In this document: positions 1 through 5,360 of the stretch, piece after piece
Layout of the letters: every line of letters begins with the position of its first letter
Numbering within the stretch: position 1 is the stretch's first letter
Virus record (IMG/VR): IMGVR_UViG_2778261536_000003
Span: 1 to 6,007 of that record
Source of the DNA: a virus
Taxonomy: Duplodnaviria; Heunggongvirae; Uroviricota; Caudoviricetes
Length of the DNA: 6,007 nucleotides
Reading direction: 5' to 3' (one strand)
Notes under the pieces: generated by a model
Told to the model about the DNA's origin: nothing
Databases searched by the model: none
What the model saw: only the letters and a program-made list of their open reading frames with translations
Made by a program: the position numbers and the translations under genes

Positions 1-47
1 ACCCTTAATCCGCCGCCCCATGTGTTTGTTGTGATCCGTTGCTGGCC

Positions 48-707
48 TTAACCAAACGTCTCTTCAGGCCACTGGCTAGCGATAACTTTCCCTACAACGG
101 AACAGCTATCATTGCATGGGATCATTGGATATTGCGGGTTTAGTGGCTGTAGGAACACCTGACCGCTATCCCTGATCAGTTTCTTGAAGGTAAACTCGTC
201 ACCACCAAGTCTGGCTATGCAGAAATCACCTGGCTCAACAGCCTGCTCAGGGTCAACGAGAATTAACACCCCGTCAGGAAAGCTTGGCTTGGAGCCTGTT
301 GGTGCGGTCATGGAATTACCTTCAACTTCAAGCCAGAACGCACAATCACTGGCTTTTTTGGTTGTGCTGACCCATCTCTCCGCATCACCTTTGGTAAAGG
401 TTCTAAGCTCAGGCGAGAACATCCCGGCCTGAACATGAGAAAAAACAGGGTACTCATATTGTTTTTTTACGGGGGCAGATGAGTATTCGCCAACAGGTGA
501 AAATGTACCGTCGTGGTTGAATGAGACGTTATCAATACCAAGGTATTTAAACACCACACCAATCTCGTCAAGAGATGGATGACGAGATCCGCGCAACCAG
601 TGACCAATTCCACCCTGCGTCATACCAAGCTCTTCAGCTAACTTCTCTTGAGTTATGCCGAGCTCTTTCATTCTGGATCTAGCCAGTTCATACCATTTCA
701 TTTTCAT
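48..707 (-). CDS. cI: CI-type prophage repressor: XRE-family HTH N-terminal domain (non-lambda specificity) fused to a lambda-cI-like C-terminal oligomerisation/autocleavage domain
   Basis: Six-frame ORF 48..749 (-). The C-terminal ~140 aa (from [29 protein letters not shown] to WPEETFG) matches lambda cI as I recall it almost residue for residue, including the Ala-Gly cleavage site in VQAGMF and the Ser (EGNSMTAP) and Lys (TFKKLIRD) of the LexA/S24-type catalytic dyad. The N-terminal ~95 aa ([23 protein letters not shown]) does not match lambda. Start is uncertain: ATG at 707 (MKMKWYEL...) sits 7 nt downstream of a minus-strand TAATAA (720..715), consistent with a leaderless PRM-like transcript; the next ATG at 701 has AAGGG 7 nt upstream; ATG 743 and TTG 749 lack an RBS. 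Confidence 0.88.
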   Translation of the reverse strand: MKMKWYELARSRMKELGITQEKLAEELGMTQGGIGHWLRGSRHPSLDEIGVVFKYLGIDNVSFNHDGTFSPVGEYSSAPVKKQYEYPVFSHVQAGMFSPELRTFTKGDAERWVSTTKKASDCAFWLEVEGNSMTAPTGSKPSFPDGVLILVDPEQAVEPGDFCIARLGGDEFTFKKLIRDSGQVFLQPLNPQYPMIPCNDSCSVVGKVIASQWPEETFG

Positions 708-818
708 ACCCTTATTATTACGCTCTGTACTAAAACCATCCATGCACAAGATGTATTTTTTGTTTGCATTCTAAAAGTACATATCGTATTATTGTTTCAT
801 GGTTACTATGGAGGGCAT
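708..818. promoter_or_regulatory. Divergent cI/cro operator-promoter region (OR-like); candidate PR and PRM
   Basis: AT-rich ~110 bp gap between divergent cI and cro. Rightward candidate promoter: TTGCAT (764..769), 17 bp spacer, TATTAT (787..792), about 27 bp upstream of the cro ATG. Leftward candidate -10 TAATAA (720..715, minus strand) abutting the cI ATG at 707, with a weak -35. Short symmetric or mirror elements (gtactaaaa 727..735 / taaaagtac 772..780; atgca 742..746 / tgcat 765..769; ACAAG..TTGT 746..763) could be operator half-sites, but I cannot define three operators confidently. Confidence 0.5.
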
Positions 819-1034
819 ATGAGCAACCTACGAAAATATCGAGAGTCACTGAATATCTCTCAAACAACACTTGCTAAGGCAGTTGGATGCACACAGGGAG
901 CTATCGGACATTGGGAATCTGGTCGTCGCTTCCCAGACCTTAAAACATGCCGTGCTCTTGTTGAGTGCCTAAACAAGTTAGGCGCAAAAGTCAGTCTTGA
1001 TGACGTGTTCCCGCCGGAACACAAAGCCGCTTAA
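819..1034 (+). CDS. cro: Cro-like repressor (71 aa, XRE-family HTH)
   Basis: In-frame ATG at 819 inside track ORF 648..1034, preceded by GGAGGG (810..815). Position divergent from cI. HTH ISQTTLAKAVGCTQGAIGHW shares the recognition motif TQG-IGHW with the adjacent cI (TQGGIGHW), as expected for two proteins reading the same operators. Not lambda Cro-like in sequence. Confidence 0.85.
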   Translation: MSNLRKYRESLNISQTTLAKAVGCTQGAIGHWESGRRFPDLKTCRALVECLNKLGAKVSLDDVFPPEHKAA

Positions 1035-1042
1035 GACATTCT

Positions 1043-1074
1043 AGCTCTTACACATCACAGCCCTGAAAAAGGGC
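1043..1074 (+). promoter_or_regulatory. nutR-like N-utilisation site: boxA-like AGCTCTTA plus boxB hairpin GCCCTGAAAAAGGGC
   Basis: boxB at 1060..1074 (gccctgaaaaagggc) is a perfect 5-bp stem GCCCT/AGGGC with a GAAAA loop, the same as lambda nutR boxB as I recall it. boxA-like agctctta at 1043..1050 lies 9 nt upstream, the same spacing as lambda. Located just downstream of the cro stop, as in lambda. Confidence 0.8.
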
Positions 1075-1150
1075 ATTACCAGAAACAAATCTCTATGGTT
1101 TTGCGTTTCTTTGCGAAGCCAACTCTATCTAATCATTAAGGAAATTATCT

Positions 1151-1432
1151 ATGGGTACTATTGCAACTAAAAGCAAGAAAGCGGCTCGCATCGAGTCAGC
1201 CTTGCTGAACAAACTGGCACTGATGGGGCAGAAGACATTCGCTCGAGCAATGGGGGTTCCTGAATATCAGGTAAGCCGATGGAAGAATGGTTTCTTCTCG
1301 CAGGTAAGCATGATGCTGGCTGTTCTGGAATACGGAATCGAAGACGATGAAATGGCTGAGCTGACTAAGCGGCTTGCCAATTACCTGACAAAAGAAAAAG
1401 CCCCGAAGAACGGCGAATTCTTCGAGGCCTGA
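1151..1432 (+). CDS. cII: CII-like transcriptional activator (lysogeny establishment)
   Basis: 93 aa ORF with RBS AAGGA (1138..1142). Clear similarity to lambda CII in the core (RIESALLNK / SRWK / SMMLAVLEYGIEDDEMA versus lambda EALRIESALLNK / SRWKRDWIPKFSMLLAVLEWGVVDDDMA). Position between cro and O. Confidence 0.85.
   Translation: MGTIATKSKKAARIESALLNKLALMGQKTFARAMGVPEYQVSRWKNGFFSQVSMMLAVLEYGIEDDEMAELTKRLANYLTKEKAPKNGEFFEA
1163..1176 (-). promoter_or_regulatory. Candidate CII binding site (TTGC-N6-TTGC) of a leftward PRE-like promoter
   Basis: Plus strand gcaactaaaagcaa equals minus strand TTGCTTTTAGTTGC, the CII recognition repeat TTGC-N6-TTGC. It lies in the first codons of cII on the opposite strand, the same place as lambda PRE, and is oriented to transcribe toward cro/cI. 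Confidence 0.6.
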
Positions 1433-1466
1433 TGTAGAAAGACTGGATCAATCCACAGGAGTCATT

Positions 1467-2312
1467 ATGACAAATACAGCAAAAATACTCAACTTCGGCA
1501 GAGGTAACTTTGCCGAACAGGAGCGAAGAGTGGCTGATATCGATGATGGTTACACCAGATTCGCTAACGAGCTGCTGGAAGCTATCGCAAGTGCCGATTT
1601 AACCGCTCGCCAGTTGAAAGTTATGCTGGCCTACGTCCGGAAAACATATGGATTCAATAAGAAAACAGATCGAATAGCCGATGAGCAAATTTCTCAGTTA
1701 ACAGGACTGTCAAGGCAGAATGTTAACAAGGCTAAAAAAGAACTGATTTCAATGAATTGCCTGTTTATGGATGGAAATCAAATCGGTGTAAACAGGGAGG
1801 TATCTGCGTGGCAATTCAGCAAGTGTCTCCAAGTTAGCAACTTTGTCTCGAAGTTAGAGACAAAAAATGTCTCCAAATTAGAGACACTCAATGTCTCGAA
1901 GTTAGAGACACACAAAAGACATTCTTTAAAGACAAAAGAAAATATTAATAAACCCCCTATATCCCCCAAAAAAGTTTCTCAGAAGTTCGACCCGCTAGAA
2001 ACAGAGTTGCCTGATTGGTTATCAGCAGAAACATGGTTGTCGTGGGTTACCTATCGCAAGGAGATAGGTAAGTCGATCAAGTCTAAGCAAAGTGTCACTC
2101 AGGCTATCAACGTTCTAAGCAGAAGTCTGGAGAAGGGATATACACCTGAAGAAATTATAAACCAGAGCATCGCCAGTGGTTGGCAGGGGATTTTTGAACC
2201 CAAGACTCCAAAGGGGAAATCTCAACCGAGGCCGCAGCAGCGAGCTATGCAGGAAAACTTTACCGCCAAAGATTACGGGCAAACTGAAATGCCTTCATGG
2301 GCGCAGGAGTGA
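1467..2312 (+). CDS. O: Replication initiator O (lambda O-like N-terminal origin-binding domain; divergent C-terminal domain)
   Basis: 281 aa ORF with RBS AGGAG. N-terminus MTNTAKILNFGRGNFAEQERRVADIDDGY is very close to lambda O (MTNTAKILNFGRGNFAGQERNVADLDDGY as recalled). The gene contains the iteron array and AT-rich tract typical of ori-lambda. The C-terminal ~110 aa does not resemble the lambda O P-binding domain as I recall it. Confidence 0.9.
   Translation: MTNTAKILNFGRGNFAEQERRVADIDDGYTRFANELLEAIASADLTARQLKVMLAYVRKTYGFNKKTDRIADEQISQLTGLSRQNVNKAKKELISMNCLFMDGNQIGVNREVSAWQFSKCLQVSNFVSKLETKNVSKLETLNVSKLETHKRHSLKTKENINKPPISPKKVSQKFDPLETELPDWLSAETWLSWVTYRKEIGKSIKSKQSVTQAINVLSRSLEKGYTPEEIINQSIASGWQGIFEPKTPKGKSQPRPQQRAMQENFTAKDYGQTEMPSWAQE
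1824..1910. repeat. Origin iterons: four ~19-bp dyad-symmetric repeats (TGTCTC-N7-GAGACA) at 20-24 bp spacing inside O
   Basis: Seen directly: 1824..1842 tgtctccaagttagcaact (degenerate), 1844..1862 tgtctcgaagttagagaca, 1868..1886 tgtctccaaattagagaca, 1892..1910 tgtctcgaagttagagaca. They encode the repeated peptide VSKLET in the O linker. Same architecture as ori-lambda, but the iteron sequence differs from the lambda iteron. Confidence 0.85.
1911..1975. other. AT-rich DNA-unwinding region of the replication origin
   Basis: Immediately 3' of the iterons: cacaaaagacattctttaaagacaaaagaaaatattaataaaccccctatatcccccaaaaaag. A-tracts and low GC match the AT-rich unwinding element of lambdoid origins. 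Confidence 0.65.
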
Positions 2313-2314
2313 AT

Positions 2315-3208
2315 ATGAATACGACAAATGGTTACAATCTGGCACTGCAAAGGCAACTTGTAGACTCAAAAATCAATGACATTTCTGATCTGAAACAGAA
2401 ACTTGAGTTTAGCAAAATTGGATCAGCATCAGATGGAATGTCAGTTACCAGCACAGTGGAAGAGTGCGAGAAACACGGTAAATATACTTCCTATGAGAAA
2501 TATCTGACCATCTCAGGAAAAAGAATTACTTCAAGTAAATCTGAGTGCCCACAGTGCCTTGAGGAGAAAATTCGTAAGAAAGAGATTGAACGTGAGCAGG
2601 CAGAACAAAGAGCAAGACAATCAAAAATTGAATATTTGTTGAATTCTCTCAATATTCCAGAGAGGTTCAAAAATTGCACTCTTCAGAATTATGAGCCTGT
2701 TAACGATGATGCAAAGCGAGTTCTTAAGGTATGCCAGGCATATGCCAGTAAGTGGCCTGAACGCCTTCAAAAAGGTGGCGGACTGGTCATGTGTGGTAAG
2801 CCTGGAACTGGAAAGAACCACCTTGCACTGGCTATCGCTAGGCACGCCATTATCGAGCATCAAAGCTCTGTGATATTTACCACTGCGTTGAAAATTGCCA
2901 GAGAGTACAAATCAACATGGTCTAAGGCCGCAACCAGAACTGAAGAAGAAGTCATTAGGCAATTTACGCATCCTGACTTGTTAATAATCGATGAGGTTGG
3001 CGTGCAGTTCGGCAGTGATGCTGAAAAGCTAATCATGTTCGAAATTATCAACACCAGATATGAATACATGAAGCCAACAATCCTGATTAGTAATCAGAGC
3101 AAAGATGAACTGTCTGCATTCATTGGTGAGCGTGTTATTGACAGGATGAATGATGGCGGCGGGTGCACTCTTGCGTTTACATGGGATAGTTACAGGAGCA
3201 GATCGTGA
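2315..3208 (+). CDS. DnaC-type AAA+ helicase loader (phage replication protein replacing lambda P)
   Basis: ATG at 2315 with AGGAG (2305..2309), 2 nt after the O stop. The C-terminal domain closely resembles E. coli DnaC as I recall it: Walker A GKPGTGKNHLALAIA, Walker B DLLIIDEVG, and C-terminal WDSYRSRS. The N-terminal ~120 aa is distinct, with C-x2-H ... C-x2-C (CEKHG...CPQC) and a charged coiled-coil-like stretch (EEKIRKKEIEREQAEQRARQSK). Confidence 0.9.
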   Translation: MNTTNGYNLALQRQLVDSKINDISDLKQKLEFSKIGSASDGMSVTSTVEECEKHGKYTSYEKYLTISGKRITSSKSECPQCLEEKIRKKEIEREQAEQRARQSKIEYLLNSLNIPERFKNCTLQNYEPVNDDAKRVLKVCQAYASKWPERLQKGGGLVMCGKPGTGKNHLALAIARHAIIEHQSSVIFTTALKIAREYKSTWSKAATRTEEEVIRQFTHPDLLIIDEVGVQFGSDAEKLIMFEIINTRYEYMKPTILISNQSKDELSAFIGERVIDRMNDGGGCTLAFTWDSYRSRS

Positions 3209-3495
3209 CTGGAAAAGAAATCATCCTGGAATATCTGAAAACTCATGAACAATTCTCCCCACATGAATTAGCACTGATCACAGGAATACCAAATAACAGA
3301 ATCGCTCAAGCAGCAAGGCATATGGTGAAACAAGGGCATTTGAGTGTTGTTGAGCGTAAGTGGAAGACGGTTATTTATGCAAAACGCAAAGTGAAGAAGG
3401 AGCCAATTAAAAGAAATCCAGATGGTACTGGGTGGGGATGTGCAAATCCAATGACGGCGTTTATTAATAGGGCGCTTATGGAGGTAAGGCAATGA
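3205..3495 (+). CDS. Small basic protein with predicted winged-HTH DNA-binding fold, function unknown
   Basis: 96 aa ORF with GTG start overlapping the loader stop (GTGA) and AGGAG at 3194..3198. Motif SPHELALITGIPNNRIAQAARHMVKQGHL looks like a wHTH followed by a Lys/Arg-rich tail. Sits between the replication genes and tR2, where lambda has ren. I do not recognise it as a named family. Confidence 0.55.
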   Translation: MTGKEIILEYLKTHEQFSPHELALITGIPNNRIAQAARHMVKQGHLSVVERKWKTVIYAKRKVKKEPIKRNPDGTGWGCANPMTAFINRALMEVRQ

Positions 3496-3520
3496 CCATC
3501 TACATCACTGAGCTAATAAC

Positions 3521-3552
3521 AGGCCTGCTGGTAATCGCAGGCCTTTTTATTT
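3521..3552 (+). terminator. Intrinsic terminator (tR2-like)
   Basis: Perfect 8-bp stem aggcctgc (3521..3528) / gcaggcct (3537..3544), 8-nt loop tggtaatc, followed by ttttattt. Sequence and position (just before ninB) match lambda tR2 as I recall it. Confidence 0.85.
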
Positions 3553-3568
3553 GGGGGAGAGGGAAGTC

Positions 3569-4009
3569 ATGAAAAAACTAACCTTTGAAATTCGATCTCC
3601 GGCACATCAGCAAAACGCTATTCACGCGGTACAGCAAATTCTTCCAGACCCAACCAAACCAATCGTAGTAACCATTCAGGAACGCAACCGCAGCTTAGAC
3701 CAGAATCGAAAGCTTTGGGCTTGCCTTGGTGACGTCTCTCGTCAGGTTGAATGGCATGGTCGCTGGCTGGATGCAGAAAGCTGGAAGTGTGTGTTTACCG
3801 CAGCATTAAAGCAGCAGGATGTTGTTCCTAACCTTGCCGGGAATGGCTTTGTGGTAATAGGCCAGTCAACCAGCAGGATGCGTGTAGGCGAATTTGCGGA
3901 GCTATTAGAGCTTATACAGGCATTCGGTACAGAGCGTGGCGTTAAGTGGTCAGACGAAGCGAGACTGGCTCTGGAGTGGAAAGCGAGATGGGGAGACAGG
4001 GCGGCATGA
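3569..4009 (+). CDS. ninB: NinB (Orf) recombination mediator
   Basis: 146 aa from the ATG at 3569 (track ORF 3551.. starts at an upstream TTG). Sequence [31 protein letters not shown]... appears essentially identical to lambda NinB as recalled. G-rich RBS gggggagaggg upstream. Confidence 0.92.
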   Translation: MKKLTFEIRSPAHQQNAIHAVQQILPDPTKPIVVTIQERNRSLDQNRKLWACLGDVSRQVEWHGRWLDAESWKCVFTAALKQQDVVPNLAGNGFVVIGQSTSRMRVGEFAELLELIQAFGTERGVKWSDEARLALEWKARWGDRAA

Positions 4010-4188
4010 GACGACAGCGACGAAGTATCACCGACATCATCTGCGAAAACTGCAAATACCTTCCAACGAAACGCTCCAGAAATAAACGCAAGCCAATCCC
4101 AAAAGAATCTGACGTAAAAACCTTCAATTACACGGCTCACCTGTGGGATATCCGGTGGCTTAGAGAACGTGCGAGGCATACAAGGTGA
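4006..4188 (+). CDS. ninE: NinE (60 aa)
   Basis: ATG at 4006 overlaps the ninB stop (ATGA). The 60-aa product [30 protein letters not shown]... matches lambda NinE (orf60) as recalled. Track ORF 3946..4188 is an upstream extension of the same frame. Confidence 0.85.
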   Translation: MRRQRRSITDIICENCKYLPTKRSRNKRKPIPKESDVKTFNYTAHLWDIRWLRERARHTR

Positions 4189-4355
4189 TTGACCCAAATC
4201 GAAGTTATGAACAAGAAAGCGTCGAGCGAGCTTTAACGTGCGCTAACTGCGGTCAGAAGCTGCATGTGCTGGAAGTTCACGTGTGCTCCGATTGCTGCGC
4301 AGAGCTGATGAGCGATCCGAATAGCTCAATGTACGAGGAAGAAGACGATGAATGA
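4185..4355 (+). CDS. ninF: NinF (56 aa, Cys-rich putative zinc-binding protein); not present in the supplied ORF track
   Basis: GTG at 4185 overlaps the ninE stop (GTGA), with GAGG 8 nt upstream. My translation is [56 protein letters not shown], stop at 4353..4355. It resembles lambda NinF (orf56) as recalled and has CxxC ... CxxCC. It fills an otherwise unexplained gap in a translationally coupled operon. Confidence 0.7.
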   Translation: MIDPNRSYEQESVERALTCANCGQKLHVLEVHVCSDCCAELMSDPNSSMYEEEDDE

Positions 4356-5070
4356 GTTAATAAATGGCAATGCCATCAAAATGACAAGCATTGAAATCGC
4401 TGAGTTGGTGGGTAAGCGTCATGACAATGTGAAACGTACCATCGAAACGCTGGCTAAAAATGGTGTTATCCGGCTTCCTCAAATTGAGGTTTCCGAAAGA
4501 ATCAATAACTTAGGGTTCAATGTTCAGTACGAGCATTACGTCTTCGAGGGCGAACAAGGTAAGCGAGATAGTATTGTTGTTGTTGCCCAGTTGTCGCCAG
4601 AGTTCACCGCTCGCCTTGTTGACCGCTGGCGAGAGCTTGAAGAAGCTGCGGTTAATATCCCCAAAACGCTACCGGAAGCGTTGCGCCTTGCTGCTGACCT
4701 TGCTGAGCAGAAAATGCAACTGGAAAACCAGCTCGCAATTGCCGCACCTAAAGTTGAGTTTGCCGATCGAGTTGGCGAGGCCAGTGGAATTTTGATTGGA
4801 AACTTTGCAAAGGTTGTTGGTATTGGTCCAAACAAACTGTTTGCGTGGATGCGCGATCACAAAATCCTTATTGCTTCAGGTGCCCGGCGCAATGTGCCAA
4901 TGCAGGAATATATGGAGCGCGGCTATTTCACAGTGAAAGAAACAGCAGTCAATACAAATCACGGAATACAGATATCGTTCACCACAAAAATCACCGGGCG
5001 TGGTCAACAGTGGCTGACCAGAAAGCTGCTCGATAACGGAATGCTGAAAGTAACAGGGGAGGCTGCTTAA
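4348..5070 (+). CDS. Phage regulatory protein with Rha-like N-terminal domain and KilA-C/ANT (antirepressor-type) C-terminal domain
   Basis: 240 aa ORF with RBS GAGGA, start overlapping the ninF stop. N-terminus (NAIKMTSIEIAELVGKRHDNVKRTIETL) looks like the phage Rha DNA-binding domain; C-terminus (APKVEFADRVGEASGILIGNFAKVVGIGPNKLFAWMRDHKILIASG) looks like the ANT/KilAC domain. Family assignment is from memory of the domain signatures, not from a search. Confidence 0.78.
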   Translation: MNELINGNAIKMTSIEIAELVGKRHDNVKRTIETLAKNGVIRLPQIEVSERINNLGFNVQYEHYVFEGEQGKRDSIVVVAQLSPEFTARLVDRWRELEEAAVNIPKTLPEALRLAADLAEQKMQLENQLAIAAPKVEFADRVGEASGILIGNFAKVVGIGPNKLFAWMRDHKILIASGARRNVPMQEYMERGYFTVKETAVNTNHGIQISFTTKITGRGQQWLTRKLLDNGMLKVTGEAA

Positions 5071-5360
5071 TGGCTAACCTACGCAAAGAAGCGCGCGGCA
5101 GAGAATGCCAGGTACGTATTTACGGCGTATGCAATGGCAACCCTGAAACTACAGTTCTGGCACATTACCGGATGGCTGGAATTTGCGGAACGGGAATGAA
5201 GCCTGACGACCTGATCGGTGCATGGGCTTGTAGTGACTGCCACGCGGAGATCGACCGACGCACAAGGATTCTCGACAACAAAGACGCCAGACTTTACCAC
5301 CTCGAAGGCGTGATCAGGACGCAGGCGGTATTGCTGAAGGAGGGGAAGATTAAGCCATGA
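5070..5360 (+). CDS. ybcO: YbcO-like DUF1364 protein (putative Zn-dependent nuclease)
   Basis: 96 aa; start overlaps the upstream stop (TAATG). MANLRKEARGRECQVRIYGVCNGNPETTVLAH...CSDCHAEIDRRT resembles E. coli DLP12 YbcO as recalled, with conserved Cys/His. Lies immediately upstream of rusA, as in DLP12. Confidence 0.8.
   Translation: MANLRKEARGRECQVRIYGVCNGNPETTVLAHYRMAGICGTGMKPDDLIGAWACSDCHAEIDRRTRILDNKDARLYHLEGVIRTQAVLLKEGKIKP

Noticed and set aside
184-432. 82-aa plus-strand ORF antisense to cI
   Set aside because: Lies entirely inside the well-supported cI coding region on the opposite strand; no RBS and low-complexity Ser/Pro/Leu-rich translation typical of antisense frames.
648-818. 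N-terminal extension of the cro frame (track ORF 648..1034)
   Set aside because: The extension would overlap the cI start and the operator/promoter region. The internal ATG at 819 has a strong RBS and gives a normal 71-aa Cro.
1824-1910. Possible CRISPR-like repeat array
   Set aside because: Only four imperfect ~19-bp repeats with 1-5 bp spacers, internally palindromic and inside a coding region; this is the architecture of lambdoid ori iterons, not CRISPR.
1778-1969. 63-aa minus-strand ORF across the iterons
   Set aside because: Antisense to O within the origin repeats; the frame is an artefact of the repeat structure.
2297-2314. Upstream start for the loader (track ORF begins at 2297)
   Set aside because: That start would overlap the O coding end; the ATG at 2315 has AGGAG at ideal spacing and lies just after the O stop.
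2176-2379. 67-aa plus-strand ORF overlapping the end of O and the start of the loader
   Set aside because: Alternative frame fully overlapped by two well-supported genes; no independent support.
2491-3069. Minus-strand ORFs 2491..2679, 2621..2863, 2860..3069 and plus-strand ORF 2691..2873
   Set aside because: All nested within or antisense to the DnaC-type loader gene, whose Walker motifs establish the true frame.
3268-3492. 74-aa minus-strand ORF
   Set aside because: Antisense to the wHTH ORF within a unidirectional rightward operon; Cys/His/Trp-rich composition typical of a spurious frame. Low confidence either way, since the wHTH ORF itself is unverified.
3492-3519. 9-codon mini-ORF (MTIYITELI) overlapping the wHTH stop
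   Set aside because: Too short to assess and no RBS; more likely incidental sequence ahead of the tR2 hairpin.
3742-4197. Minus-strand ORFs 3742..4197 and 3942..4127
   Set aside because: Antisense to ninB and ninE, which match lambda proteins as I recall them; Ser/Pro/Ala-rich artefacts of a GC-rich antisense frame.
4520-5036. ORFs 4520..4795 (+), 4536..4835 (-), 4669..4860 (-), 4845..5036 (+)
   Set aside because: All lie within the Rha/KilAC gene in alternative frames or strands; no RBS and no recognisable domains.
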